This document shows positions 1-13,038 of a stretch of 64,000 nt of DNA, piece after piece. This stretch comes from Eledone cirrhosa (Eukaryota). The position numbers were made by a program, and so were the translations under genes. How positions within the stretch are numbered: position 1 is the first letter of the stretch; every line of letters begins with the position of its first letter. The stretch spans positions 83,390,001 through 83,454,000 of the forward strand of contig OZ024743.1 in the NCBI GenBank assembly GCA_964016885.1. The letters are read 5' to 3'. Below the pieces are notes generated by a model. That model was not told the DNA's origin. It was given only the letters and a program-made list of their open reading frames with translations, and ran no database searches.

Positions 1-870
1 CATCATGAAGAAGACAATGAGTGACCCTCGTTTTGGCATCAGTTGGGATGGAAGGAGATTAAGCGACCTGGACTTTGCCGATGACATCGCAGTGATAGGC
101 CATTCCCGAGAAGACCTGCAAGAGATGACAAACGTTCTAAATGACAATGCAGAAAAAGTTGGCCTGCGCATCAGTTGTGAAAAAACCAAGACCATGTCGA
201 CAGGTGACCCTCCAAATCCTCCCATCATGGTTGGTCAGCGTAACATTGACTGTGTAAACCACTTCCAATACCTTGGCAGCAACATCTCTGACGATGGGGG
301 ATGCTGAGGTGGATGTGCGCACAAGGCTGGGAAAAGCAGCGGCGGTCTTCCAGCGACTCCGTCCGGTATGGTCCAAGTGTTCCATCGGCAACGCCGTCAA
401 ACTCCGTGTTTACATGTCCATTGTAGTACCAACAGCGATATATGCCTGTAAGACATGGAAGAGTACGGAAAGTGTATGTAACAAGCTTGATGTATTCCAC
501 CGTCGTTGCATTCGGACCATATTAAAAATTTCATGGAGAGACCAAGTTAGCAACGAGGAAGTGATGAGAAAGTCAGGATTGGAGAGGTTAAGGGACATTG
601 TCCGGAAAAGGAGACGGCGGTTCGCGGGCCACATCCTTCGTTTGCCGGCAGATCGACCTGCTCATATTGCCATGGATTGGGTACCAGAAGGTGGCAGGAG
701 AGAACGGGGAAGTCCAGGAAAAACATGGTGGAGCACATTCAGGGAGGACCTGCGGGAAATGGGAATTACCTGAAGCAGTGCTAGAAGGGCCGCCAGTGAC
801 AGGATCAAGCGGAGGAAGCCCGTCGCTCAATGTTCTACAAGGGACTGGAGGAACTAAGACTAAGACTAAG
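1..870 (+). mobile_element. RTE-clade LINE, 3' portion (RT C-terminus), frameshifted
   Basis: ORFs 5..307 (DLDFADDIA, GLRISCEKTK, FQYLGS) and 273..773 (YACKTW, LDVFHRRCIRTILKISW, GHILR) are typical RTE RT/C-terminal motifs; ends in an (ACTAAG)3 short-repeat tail at ~853-870. Confidence 0.9.
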
Positions 871-889
871 ATATATATATATATATAAG

Positions 890-2850
890 CAAAAAGGATA
901 TTCAATTTGTTGGTAATTCAACAAATATGAATGATTATAACTGATTCAGAGCACTCGACAAGTTTTCTGGAGTATAATATTCAATTATATTAAATAAATG
1001 AAAACTATATTTATAAAACCATATTTATTCTATTATATATATTTCAAGGGTACAAAAACTTTGGTACGCTTTCATCAGATAAAATACAAAGTTTGTTTTA
1101 TAAATTTTGACATAACCAAGGAAAGATACCTTACCGGTTCAAGTTTTTCTTGGATAGTGAAGGGATAAGAGAAGAAAAGTTAGATATTTCAAATTATTAA
1201 GATGAGTATGCAAATGAGGTTGAGGTATAGGGCTGAAAAAAACGTTATTTTAGACGCTATGCAGAATTTAAATAATTAGAATATAGGTATGTATGCGTAG
1301 GATAAAGAAAACGGAAGAAGAGCTTGTATTTACGTTAATTTAAAAGGAATTAACAATTTGGGGGAATGGTGGAATATGATTCCAGAATTTAAATTTATTT
1401 AGCTATATTATGTGTTATAATATTTTATATATAATCAATTAGATTATATGAAGAATTAAGGTTGTAAGTATATTTTATCTTATGACATTACAATAGGTTA
1501 TAAGTGTATAAATATCTATATAGATTAATAAGTGTGCATGTATAAGTATTATAGAAATAGAATAACTAATTTGCAATTATTAGTTGTTTATATTTCTATT
1601 ATGAGTTACGAAGGAGTTGATTTTGCATTTTACATTAAAAAAACAGGTGATTCAAGTTGTAAGAGGAGAACAATTTGTAGATTCGAATATTTTGTTCCAG
1701 CATTGAAAATGTTTTCAGAATATTGTTAATTTAGTGAAGTTATATAGTTTATCGTACATATTATTATAATATCATGTTTATGTTTGCACAATTGAAAAGG
1801 GAAAGATAACTCCAATCTTGTTTGTTAACCGTTAAATTTGATGAATGATTTACTCAGAAAATATATAGAGAAAATTATATATTATTTTGTGTGAGATTAA
1901 TTATTTTAGTCGGAAGATGTGTAAAAGTTTGAAGATCAAAAGGAGAGGAAAAACGTAATGTGCATTTCGAAGAACTATCGTAAAGAGAATAAATTTTCAG
2001 AATGTCAATTAAAGATTATCAATCTATATCTAAAAAAATAATGTCAGAAGTAAAAAATATAAAAAAATATAAAATATATATATATTAAAAAAATATATAT
2101 TAAAAAAAATTAAAAAAATTAGTGTCAAAAGGTAAAAATAGTAGAAATATTAAAAAAATTAAGAAAATAGATCATTTAGAAAAATTTACATTTAAATTTT
2201 AAAGAAAATAGGATCATTTTGAAGGTGTATACGAATATCATAAATTAAAAATACTTCTGAAAGTGGAATTTTGGCGATGTGTGCAAGAAGAAAATAATTC
2301 TGTCTTAAGATTAATAGAGTTTTGACAATTAATTATATAAAAATTTCCTCGATACGCAAGTTACAGAATCTTGAGAAACCCATATTTCGGTATCCAGGTA
2401 CTTTCGAAATCGTTCTCCAAGGTATTGAATAGTCTATATTGTTGTCTTTTAAGTTCCAAATTAAGTGTGAAAGTGAAGTGGAAGATTTTTTATCAGATTT
2501 CTTAAATGTGTGTATATGGTTATACCAGCGTTCTTTGAAATTCGTAGAAGTGGCACCAATATAGTTAAATACTTTGTCTCTAGTTTTAACTGTGCATTTA
2601 TAATTTACGTTTTCGTCTAAGCAATTATTTTGTAAAGGGCAGTTTGATTTAATTCTACAGTTACATTTTCTGGAGTTACATTTTCTACAGTTACATTTTC
2701 TGAATATTGTTGTTAGAAATATTATTATTGGTATTTTGGTTAGTTTGGTTAGGGTTTAAATTTAAGTTTCTATTATTAATTCTATTTATATTTTGTGCTA
2801 TGTTCATAGTAGACACAATAGTGTGTCTGTTGAAAATAGAGTGGCATCTG
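890..2850 (-). mobile_element. Penelope-like element (PLE), 3' part: decayed GIY-YIG endonuclease, AT-rich 3' region and hammerhead-containing terminus
   Basis: Minus-strand translation of ~2250-2670 gives CNCRIKSNCPLQNNCLDENVNYKCTVKTRDKVFNYIGATSTNFKERWYNH...CNL...INLKTELFSSCTHR; HHR at 1026-1086; terminus abuts (TA)n at 870-888; 890-1735 is repeated at 48130-48975. Confidence 0.85.
1026..1086 (-). ncRNA. Type I minimal hammerhead ribozyme (family A)
   Basis: Reverse complement reads uauuuuau CUGAUGA aagcguac-caaaguuuuu-guacccuu GAAA uauaua UA auagaaua; helices I and II pair; helix III is a palindromic AUAUAU. Confidence 0.8.
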
Positions 2851-2879
2851 TGGGTTTTAGGAAAACATTTGCCCTTTTC

Positions 2880-3579
2880 AGGACAGTTCGTCCTGCATTG
2901 GGTCCCACCTGACGCTCAGCTCTCACCTGTGGCCCCAAGAAGCTGTAGCATGCGACAGTGGCCACACCCCGATAAACCGCCTTGGATGGCGGGCCGAACC
3001 AGGTTGAGAGTAGCCGCACGGGTCTGACCCCCCCCCCCGGTGTATTAGATAGGGGATGCCTGCCCCTGCATGCGAAGACTAGACCCGGCAGAGTGAGTGG
3101 AGGAGGACAAAATCGTTCCAACGGTCACGAAGGTGGCGACAGCAAGCGATGTGGAGCGCTAGGGCACGGCAAGTCACTACAGACGTCGTGGCCATCCACT
3201 GCAGGCAAGGAAGTCCCTAGTCTTGACGGTCCTCCGTACCACCAGATTCTGGCTTCTGCGGCCGAGTGAGTGGGACCGTCACTGTGTCCTGGTCCTTCCA
3301 CTATAAACCTTTCCCGCACAGGTTTCTTCTTTAGCGTGCACTCCCAAAGCCCTGCGGCGATAGGCAAGAGGCGGAGGTAACAGGTGGAGGTAACCTCAGG
3401 GAGTTGCCAGTCTGACTCCGGTCTCTTCCTCTGCTTCCACTGTCCCCGGACCTGCAAGTCAAGGATCGGCCTCCAAAGCCACCTTCGTGCCCACGGAAGA
3501 CGAGAACAACAATAAAAAAGATGTCATCATCGTTTACGATGGACAACCAGCCTATTACTCTGAGGACCAAGCTTCCACT

Positions 3580-3580
<1 letters not shown>
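2880..3580 (+). mobile_element. GC-rich segment resembling an RTE/BovB-type LINE 5' UTR, interrupting the PLE endonuclease region
   Basis: Abrupt GC-rich block; cagctctcacctgtggc...gccacacccc...gggccgaaccaggttgagag resembles RTE 5' leaders as I recall them (not searched). Confidence 0.5.
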
Positions 3581-3614
<34 letters not shown>

Positions 3615-3743
3615 AGGAATATCCAATTGGATTATATCGTTGAAAATGTTTGTATTTTAAACTTTGCTTCACGATATCTTCTACATACGGATTACATTGA
3701 GTTATTCATACGGGTTAGACCCTACCATTGAGTGGTAGATTTA

Positions 3744-3816
<73 letters not shown>

Positions 3817-3856
3817 GATATTAAACAAATGGAAACTATATTTATAAAACCATATT

Positions 3857-3922
3857 TATTTCGTTATATATATTTCTGGGGTATCATATTAAAAATATGG
3901 TATGCCTTCCTCAGACAAAATA
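3857..3922 (-). ncRNA. Type I hammerhead ribozyme (family A variant) in a PLE terminus 3815-3960
   Basis: rc: uauuuugu CUGAGGA aggcauacc...gauacccca GAAA uauaua UA acgaaaua; the same downstream tail as the 1026 copy runs into (TA)n. Confidence 0.7.
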
Positions 3923-4023
3923 CAATATATAAGCTGTTTTATAAATAATTTTGACATACCTTAGAATAATGCAACTTCCATTTAAAAAGTTGATTTGGTA
4001 GTCATATCTTTAAATAAATCTTT

Positions 4024-4071
<48 letters not shown>

Positions 4072-4275
4072 TTATTTCTAGAACGTCAAATATTTCAACC
4101 TGTTTGATGAAGATTTAAATAGGAGGAGGTAGAATAGGAGAATGAGGCTGGACGAAAGGAGGGAGGAGAGAGTGAAGAGAGGGGCAGATATTATCCTACA
4201 AAAATATACATCTTTCAACAACAATCTAGAAATCTGAGTTTTTTTCAATTAGAAACAAAGACTTTTTATTTACGC

Positions 4276-4896
4276 TGGTGAAGGAGATGATGTTAGTGGT
4301 GGTGGTGGTGGTGGTGATGATGTTAGTAGTGGTAGTGCTGGTGGTGCTGCTGTTGGTAGTGGTTGTGGTGGTGGTAGTGGTGGTGATGTTGATGTTAGTG
4401 GTGGTGGTGGTGGTGGTTGTGGCGGTGGTGTTGGTGATTGTGATGATGTTAGTAGTGGTGATGCTGGTGGTGCTGTTGTTGGTAGTGGCTGTGGTGGTGG
4501 TGGTGGTTATTGTTGTAGTGGTAGTGATAGTGGCGATGGTGGTGGTGGTAGTGGTGTAGGTGGTAGTGGTGTAGGTGGTAGTGGTGGTTGTGGTGGTGGT
4601 TGTTGTTGTAGTGGTGGTGGTGATGTTAATGATGTTAGTGGTGGTGGCGGGGGGGGGGGTAGTGGTGTTGGTGGTAGTGGTGGTGGTGGTTGTTGTTGTT
4701 GGTGATAGTGGTCGTCGTGGTGGTAGGGGTGGTGGTGGTGATGGTGGTGGTGATGTTGATGATGTTAGTGGTGGTGGTGGAGGTGGTGGTGGTGGAGGTA
4801 GTGGTGGTGGTGGTTGTTGTAGTGGTAGTGATAGTGGTGGTTGTGGTTGTGGTGGTTGTGGTGGTGGTGGTAGTGGTGTTGGTAGTAGTGGTGGTA
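4276..4896. repeat. Degenerate (GGT/GTA/GTT)n trinucleotide repeat
   Basis: Directly visible; produces spurious poly-Val/Gly ORFs. Confidence 0.95.
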
Positions 4897-5211
4897 TTTT
4901 TTTACTTTCTCATCTTTTACCTTCTTTATTGTCCCCTCTTTACTGGTTATGTTTGCCTTGAGAGGGCAGCGACTATATATAGTGGATAGTATTGTTTAGT
5001 TTTGCAGGAGGCAGACCAAACTATCTAGAGTTGATTCCACCATAAAATACACACTGTAAAGTGGTTGGTATCAGGAATGACATCCAACTGTAGAAACTAT
5101 GTCAGAGTGGAACGTAGGAGTGTGATATGGCACTCCGATTAAGAACGGGCTCCAACTGTGATACTCTTCCAACCAATACAAGCATATAAAGTGACAGTAA
5201 AATGTACGTAC

Positions 5212-5242
<31 letters not shown>

Positions 5243-5338
5243 TGTATGTATGTATGTATGTATGTATGTATGTATGTATGTATGTATGTTTGTATGTATG
5301 TATGTATGTTTGTATGTATGTTTGTATGTATGTTATGT

Positions 5339-5945
5339 CAGGTCACCAGTTGGTGCTACTGGTAACATGTATCCCAGTACAACCTGTCTCATGGTCGGGT
5401 CGTTGGCGACTAAACTGGCAACCCCACCAAGGTTTCTTGGTGAGGAGGGTGACTTTGGACATCCTGCAGGACTAAAAACAAAACCTGTCAAAGGGCAAAG
5501 CAGCTCTTAAGAGTCAATGGCCATCCAAAATCACCGTGAGAGATGACCCCTTAGCCTTTGTCAAGGCAGAATTCTAGGAGAAGGAAAACTCTGATATAAC
5601 GCCTGCAACCCTGATGGTATCCAATGATGTTGACTTGTTCTTCTTTTTGGTAAATATCATTTTGGTTAAGAGAGTGGGACTGGCTTTGTGCAGTGCCTTT
5701 GCTCACTATAAAAGCTTCACGGCACAGGCATTGCTTTATATCTGGAGATCTCTCTGCACTTGTCGTCACATGGTACCATGGGCCCAGCACTATGTGTCAA
5801 TAATTGTCACAAGTGTAGTGTTTGTACCAGAGTTTTCAAGTCGCTGGTTGGACTAAAAAGTCACACTCGTTCAGCGCATCGGTAGGGGTTCTCCTACATG
5901 GATATAAAGTAGTGGCCGTACTCGAAAACGAGTTGGTAGCCACTA
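5339..5945 (+). mobile_element. Non-autonomous bipartite RTE-derived element (~610 bp) with (TATG)n tail
   Basis: RTE-like 5' leader (cttggtgaggagggtg...aggagaaggaaaactctg) joined to a 3' end encoding a C2H2-like remnant ([26 protein letters not shown]); near-identical copies elsewhere in the window; flanked by (TATG)n. Confidence 0.8.
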
Positions 5946-6037
5946 TGTAAGTATGTATGTTTGTATGTAGGTATGTTTGTATGTATGTATGTATGTATGT
6001 ATGTATGTATGTATGTATGTATGTATGTATGTATGTT

Positions 6038-7958
6038 TGTATCTCTTTCTCTTAATTTCGAGTATATTTTTTTGACCGGCCACCTTCCTGGTGGCAAGGT
6101 TGTAAAAGAAAAGAAATTGTCATGCCTTGAATTGCAAGAATGTTTTGCAAATTTTGAAGGTGCAAGCTATCGCAGCCATTTGTAGACTATGAATTAGGGA
6201 GCTGCACTCTTTGTCCGCAAATCCAAGTTCAGTCATACTTTGGTCCAAACGAGTTGGTATATCACCCGTAGCTCCAATAATGATGGGTATGAAGCTAAAG
6301 GTGTATCTTGGATACTGGATTTGCAAACTCCTCATCAATGGTCCGTAGATGTCCTCCTTCTCCTGTATTTTTCTGACAACGTTTACAACAAGTGGTCAGC
6401 TGATCTCCACAACAGAACACGTTTTCAATGTGTGGTCCCAAACAACAATATCAGGCCGGTTGTGCTTTAATTTGGTGGCAGTTTTTATTTTCAGGTTCCA
6501 CCAGTATTCCTTAGTGCCATCTGTCTCAATATATTCTTCCTCGTTTGTTGTTAATTTTGTTTTCCGAAGTGCGTTCCAGATGGTTCTAGCTATCCCATCG
6601 TGTCTCATGGGGGGGGGGTAGTAGCGAGATGACATTCTTTCGCAGCTGGCAACAATGTGGCTTACATCCTCGATCTTTGTTTTACATAGCCTACATTTAT
6701 TGTCAGCTGCTGGCCCTCCTCTTTTGTGCAGCAGATATTTGGTAGGGAGTTCTTGTTCCTGTATTGCATAGAGATACCCCTCAAGGTGTGATGTCATAAA
6801 CTTGTCGGAACTTCTCATATGTTGTAAATATTGATTTTAGACCCCGGCCACCTTCCTTGCGTGAGAAGTATAGCCTATCCACATCACCATTGATGTTAAA
6901 GTTCTCAGTAAAACTGAGAAGTTTGCGAGTTCTAACATCCATCTCACCTAGTTCTTGCAATGACCAGTTCAGCAGGCCAAATGTTGGCGTTAGAATTAGC
7001 ACAGCATAAGTATTGTGGGCAATGTATTTGTTGTACGCTGACAGTTCTGATGACCATATTTTCTTTACTCTTCTGAGGTATTCAGTTCTGGTTCTCTCCT
7101 GATTTATGGGTCCATCATATCTGTAATTCTCATCCTGTCCAAGATATCTGTAGTTGTCACCTGACTGTAGAGGTTGTATTGTCAGGCCGTTCATATCTAG
7201 ATTTCTAGAGGGCACAGCTCTTCCACGTTTTACTGCCAAATATGCACACTTGGACTCACCAAATTTCATTTTGATGTCTGTTGAAAATTGTGTAATGAGG
7301 TCCAATTGTTTCTTGATGTCATTGATATTTGGCCCATACAACTTCAGGTCATCAACAAAGAAAAGATGGGAGATACTTCTGGACCCACTTCTTTGTCCAC
7401 CTTGTTTCCTGAGTAGGTAAGATAGTGGATTTAGTGAGAGAACGAAGAGTAGCCCTGACAACCTATCACCCTGAAAGATGCCCTTCTGGTAATGAATCCT
7501 ATCAGTCTTAACTTGCTCCTTCTCACCTCTGAGGATCAAATTGGTGTACCAGTTCTTGGTCAGACGTTCAACAGCAGCTACCAGTATTGTGGGACTTTGG
7601 CTAACTGTAAAGCCTTAACAATCCACCCACGAGGTACACTATCAAATGCTTTTTGATAGTCCAGCCACACCAGTCATGTTTCTGCGATTCTTTGTTGTTT
7701 TTTCTTGAATCATTTTATTAGTTAGTAGGTGATCTATGCAACTCCACACCTCCCTCTTTCTACCAGCTTGCTCAAGTGTTATGATGTTGTTGGTAGCACA
7801 GTGATCCTGTAAGAACAGGTTAAGGCACCCAGTATATAATTTATACATGATGTTTTGGCAGGCTATTGGGCGGTAATTTTTAGCAAGTGTGGTTTGGCTA
7901 TTTTGGGGAATGAGGAGAGTAGTGGCAGTTGATAACCATCTGGGCAGTTCTTGTGTTC
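6038..7958 (-). mobile_element. Dong/R4-type (restriction-like endonuclease) non-LTR element family A, 5'-truncated with internal deletion
   Basis: GIFQGD, HLFFVDDLKLY, CRLC..HIVASC, RHD, NRPDIVVWD motifs in ORFs 6396-7848; near-identical to 35575-37746; flanked by (TATG)n. Confidence 0.92.
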
Positions 7959-8179
7959 CTTTATGTATGTATGTATGTATGTTTGTATGTATATATGTTG
8001 GTATGTATGTTTGTATGTATGTATGTATTTATGTATGTAGTTATGTATGTTTGTATGTATGTATGTATGTATGTATGTATGTATGTATGTATGTTTGTAT
8101 GTATGTATGTTTGTATGTATGTTTGTATGTATGTATGTATGTATTTATGTATATAGTTATGTATGTATGTATGCAAGTA

Positions 8180-8455
8180 TGTCGCTCTTCATCGCTATTA
8201 GTAACACGTAATCCAGTACAACCTGTGCATGGCCAGGTCTTCGCCGACTAAACCGGCAAACCCACCAAGCCTGCTTGGTGAAGAGGATGATTTTAGACTC
8301 CCCGCGGGATGAAACAAACCCGTAAAAGGACAGAGGAACCCTGGAGAGTGAACGGCTATCCAATAAAGTTTGTTTTTCTTTGTAGAACGAGAGACTCCAA
8401 GGTCTTCATTAAGACATCTCTCTAGGAGAAGGTCACTCTGATATAAAACCACCAT
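8180..8455 (+). mobile_element. Diverged 5' fragment of the bipartite RTE-derived family
   Basis: ccagtacaacctgt...gactaaaccggcaaaccc...cttggtgaagagga...ctaggagaagg matches the 5339 element head. Confidence 0.65.
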
Positions 8456-8483
8456 GTATGCATATATATATATATATATATAT

Positions 8484-8526
<43 letters not shown>

Positions 8527-8577
8527 TACATATGTTATATTCCTGTGTTTGTTTTGTTTCATTTGTTCAACTATATT

Positions 8578-8676
8578 CAGGGTGTCCCAAAGAAATGTAT
8601 ACATTCTTTGATTACCTGTACAGGCAATATTTATTAGAATGTCGTTGAAGTGTGTATACATTTTTTGGGGACACTG
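8578..8676. mobile_element. Tc1/mariner-type MITE (~100 bp)
   Basis: Imperfect TIRs cagggtgtcccaaagaaatgtataca / tgtatacattttttggggacactg, followed by TA. Confidence 0.6.
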
Positions 8677-8682
8677 TATATA

Positions 8683-9390
8683 TACCGTATTTTAACGGCT
8701 TAAAAGACGCACTTCGTTTTCATAAAAATGTCCCAGAAAATCATCATGCGTCTTATAAGGTCAAGGGTCAGTTTGGTTTATTGGCCGGTGGAGTTCTAAT
8801 GCTTCCTTTAAATCAAACCTTTAAATTAAACCACAAACATCTCCGCAAATGTAAACAAGGTGACTATTACACCAACAATGACAACTTTTATAAATTTTGT
8901 GATGGATAAAATAAATTAATTTTCACTTTCTACTAAATATTTCAACAGAAAATACGATTTATTTTCACACTTCCTTATGTTTTAAAAATGTACTAAAATA
9001 TTGGTTTCCTATATAGACACAAGGTCAGCAATTTTGGGGGAGGGGAAAGTCGATTAAATCGACCCCAGTGCGTGACTGATACTTTATTTTATCGACCCCG
9101 TAAGGATGAAAAGCAAAGTTAACCTTGGCAGGATTTGAACACAGATCATAAAGGGAGGTAACTCTTTGCTGCAAAGCATGGCGTCCGACCCTCTACCGAT
9201 ACTGCTAATCCACCTAAAATATTAAAACTAGAATTACGATGTAGAATGGTAATAAAAATAAATACGATGTACAAACTTTAAACCCTTCACGGTGTACAAA
9301 CCTTATACGTATCTATCTTTTTTTAATGCCTGCACAAATTGAGGTGCATCGTATAAGGTCATGCGTCTTATAAACCGTCAAATTGCATAT
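8683..9390. mobile_element. Probable pogo/Tigger-like non-autonomous DNA transposon with a nested SINE
   Basis: Left end taccgtatttt...aagacgcac; right end tgcgtcttataaaccgtcaaat; repeated tgcgtcttata subterminal motif. Confidence 0.4.
9010..9214 (-). mobile_element. tRNA-derived SINE, family 1
   Basis: rc has A-box-like tagcagtatcgg and B-box gttcaaatcc; copies at 25470, 27175-27715, 30715 and 61352. Confidence 0.85.
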
Positions 9391-9691
9391 ATGAAATTAA
9401 CGTTAAGACAAATGTCACATACTCGTATTCATTGGATAATACGTATTTTAGTGAAACCAATGTGGAGCTATTATACGATCATTAGAACAACAACCGGATG
9501 TGCAGGTGTGATATCATCAGATGTTAACACAATTATGTGGAGGAGTTGATATGTCACAGGCAAACGCTTCCATGTTTGCGAAAGTCCAGTGAACATATAT
9601 ATATATATATATATATATAAAGAAAAAAAGATGAAATCCAAAATGCAACTGGAGTCTTATTTTAAAAAAAAATATATATATTTATTTGGTT

Positions 9692-9729
9692 CCTTTACCG
9701 GTTTCGCAGTTCTTCTGCTTTTCAAAAGT
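9692..9729 (-). ncRNA. Hammerhead-like motif with U3:A8 core (family B)
   Basis: rc: acuu UUGAAAA gcag-aagaa-cugc GAAA ccgg UA aagg; second copy at 24770-24807 (+). Confidence 0.6.
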
Positions 9730-10248
9730 AGAGTTGAGATGGAGGGTCTGTGGTTTTTCTCACATCTGGTTGGTCTCTGAATGTTACTTTTTTTATATGG
9801 AAAAAGTGGCTCGAAATGCCAGGTGTTTTTTGAGAAGTAATTTGATTGGTTGGTCAATAATTATAATAAATTTCGCGCCAGTTCGCGTTACAAGTTCTTC
9901 AAACAAGGGGAGCGGGTCACAGGTTGTTTTTTCATATATGAGTGTTTGAATTTCTTTTTACTTAAAAAAAAGGGGGCTCACGAAGACTTTTTTTTAATAA
10001 ACGTAATTTGATTGGTTATAAATAAAATTATGGCTGTCACGTGAACAAGTTTTCATTAAATTTTCGCGCCCTTATTTGGAAATCTATTCTGTAGCCTTTT
10101 TAGAGAATTTTATGACAAGCAAAAGATAATGGTCAAGAGAAATTGGATGGGAGAATTGTTCTGGTTCAGTGAATATGGTTAGTTCGCTGGGGTGTCAGAA
10201 TTCAGATTTTCTATTGAATAAAGAAAGTAAAGATGTGTATGTTTATTT

Positions 10249-10295
<47 letters not shown>

Positions 10296-10426
10296 TGTGT
10301 GTGTGTGTGTTTCAATTTCTTTTTACTTAAAAAAAGGGGCTCACGAAGGCTTTTTTTAATAAACGTAATTTGATTGGTTAAAAATGAAATTATAGCTGTC
10401 ACGTGTATATATATATAGACGTGACA

Positions 10427-10481
<55 letters not shown>

Positions 10482-10636
10482 TGGAGTTTTGACAGGATCA
10501 TCAGAACATAATAAGATGAATATTAAAAATTCTACTTCGGTATTGAGTACTCTCTCAGCTGTCAACACTTACTTAAATATAAATATATATATATACACTC
10601 ACACACACGCACACACATATATATGTCTCTCTCTCT

Positions 10637-10678
<42 letters not shown>

Positions 10679-10683
<5 letters not shown>

Positions 10684-10894
10684 GGAAAAGAGTCTGAACC
10701 CCGACGGCAGAACTCAAGCCGTTTCGACAGCTATTTCTGGACTCAGAAGTAGCTGAGTCCAGAAATAGCTGTCGAAACGGCTTGAGCTCTGCCGTCGAGG
10801 TTCTGACTCTTTTCCTATTACCCACTCTACTACCCAAAGTATCGAGTACTCTTGTGCGTTATGGTCCACCTGATTCCTTACCACACTTCCTTCG

Positions 10895-10897
<3 letters not shown>
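10679..10897 (+). mobile_element. Palindromic mini-element (family C): ~70-bp arms plus ~77-bp one-sided tail, between (TA)n tracts
   Basis: 10680-10820 fold-back centred near 10750; same family at 53917-54131 (-), 40807-40905 (+, collapsed) and 38080-38128 (fragment). Confidence 0.8.
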
Positions 10898-10975
<78 letters not shown>

Positions 10976-11133
10976 AAAGAAGAAATTGGAAATAGCACGG
11001 GGGATATGTTTAAGGGTCTGTTTCTCTTTTTCGATTCGTTAAAGTGACATTATTAAAAAGATAATGTTATTAAAAAAAGAGAGGGACAATTCTTTTTTGA
11101 AAATTTTTTTATGAAGTATATAAAGTGTATGAG

Positions 11134-11178
11134 AAAATTACCGATTTCGATGTATTAAAATCCATCTTGTCAAATTCC
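11134..11178 (-). ncRNA. Hammerhead-like motif with U3:A8 core
   Basis: rc: ggaau UUGACAA gaug-gauuuuaaua-cauc GAAA ucgg UA auuuu. Confidence 0.6.
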
Positions 11179-11384
11179 GTGAAAAAAGTTAGTTAAAAAG
11201 GGAGTAAAAAAAAGGTTTAAAATTAAAATTAAAATCAAAAACGAATGTTTCGATGTGTACATACCCCCCCCTCACACACATGTATAGAGAGAGTGTGAGG
11301 ATGTATATACAAGAGTACACACATGTGAGTGTGTGCGTATATGTATGGATAAATATGTGTGCGCATATATGTGTGGGGTTGTTG

Positions 11385-12175
11385 TGTGTGTGTGTTTTTT
11401 TCCAGTTTGTCTGTTAAAATTACTTTTGTAGAGGGGAATTAAGAAAAAATTCTTTTCTCTCCAAAATTTAGAAAATTGGCAAAAGTTAAGAGCTGAAATC
11501 CAAAGGATTCCCAGAATCCAAAAATTTAAAAATTAAAGAAGTTAAGAGAGTCAAGACAACTCTTCCAAAAAACTTCAAAAAGTACCTTTCAAAAGAAACT
11601 TTAAGAAATCTTTCTCTCAAAAAATCATTCTTTAGAAGAAATTTTTAAAAGATCTTAAAAAATCTTTTCAAAAACGAGACACAGTGCGTGTATATATATA
11701 TATAAATAACTGAATGAGTAAATAGATAAATATATACACAGAGGGAATTAAGTAACATTTTTTTCTACAAAATTCCGAAAATTGTGTGTGTGTGTTTTTA
11801 CAGTTTGTCTGTTAAAATTACTTTTGTAGAGAGGAACAAAGAAAAAAATTCTTCTCTCTCCAAAATTCAGAAAATTGGCAAAAGTTAAGAGCTGAAATCC
11901 AAAGGATTCCCAGAATCCCAAAATTTAAAAATTAAAGAAGTTAAGAGAGTTAAGAGAACTCTTCCAAAATACTTCAAAAAATACCTTTCAAAAGGAACCT
12001 TAAAAAAACTCTCTCTCCAAAAAATCATTCTTAAAGAGAAATTTTCAAAAGATCCCCAAAAAATCTTTCCAAAATCGAGACACAGTGCGTGTATATATAT
12101 AAATGAATGAGTAAATAAATAAATATATACACAGAGGAAATTAAGTAACATGTTTTTCTACAAAATTCCGAAAAA
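11385..12175. repeat. Tandem duplication of a ~400-bp unit bounded by (TG)n
   Basis: cagtttgtctgttaaaattacttttgtagag...caaaattccgaaaa occurs at ~11403-11782 and ~11801-12175. Confidence 0.85.
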
Positions 12176-12188
12176 TATATATATATAA

Positions 12189-12269
<81 letters not shown>

Positions 12270-12688
12270 AAATTGAAAATGTGTGAGTCCTAAACGCAGA
12301 AAATAACTGCAATAACAGTCAATCGCTATAGAACATAGTTATTATCTATAGTGATTGAGTGTCACTACAGTTTATTTCCACATATATGACTGTCATATGT
12401 GTAAGTGTAGTATCATGTCAACTTGCCTTGGTTATTTAGTTATCAGTGTGACTCTCAACAAGGATTTAGCTGAGAGCATGAATGCGCATACACAACAAGT
12501 AAATTAACACATACACACACACACTTACACACGCGCGCGCACACACACGCGCGCGCGCACACATGTTGAAAATGAATGAACAAAGCATAAGAGGCAATTA
12601 TTATATTAAGTTCGTTCACACTTCGTGCAAATAGAGGAATTTCAACATTTCGGACATAACTTTTCATCAGGAAAGTTCGGATATATAA

Positions 12689-12720
<32 letters not shown>

Positions 12721-12756
12721 AAATATATATATATATACAGTATATGTATATATGTG

Positions 12757-12800
<44 letters not shown>

Positions 12801-12811
12801 TATATATATAT

Positions 12812-12966
12812 ACTCCGGGTAGTGGATGATATCAACGCTTGGCTCAACGAGTAACGTGAAAATAAGCGGATAGCGATCTCTACACCTACCAGTTCAGAGA
12901 AACAATTGTCAGCAATGAGATTAAAAACCTTTTTTGTATAGCAAACCGTGTCACTCTTCTTTCCTG

Positions 12967-12972
<6 letters not shown>
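12812..12972 (+). mobile_element. Internally deleted copy of HHR-bearing family E (fuller copy 62655-63332)
   Basis: Shares tccgggtagtggatgatatcaacgct with 62657 and cgagtaacgtgaaaa...gaaacaattgtcagca...cctgattta with 63208-63332; flanked by (TA)n. Confidence 0.7.

Positions 12973-13038
<66 letters not shown>

Noticed and set aside
5614-5856. 80-aa hydrophobic ORF (MVSNDVDLFFFL...) intact in five copies
   Set aside because: Copies are nearly identical, so persistence is explained by recent amplification; I see no evidence of coding selection. A dN/dS test across many copies would be needed to revive it.
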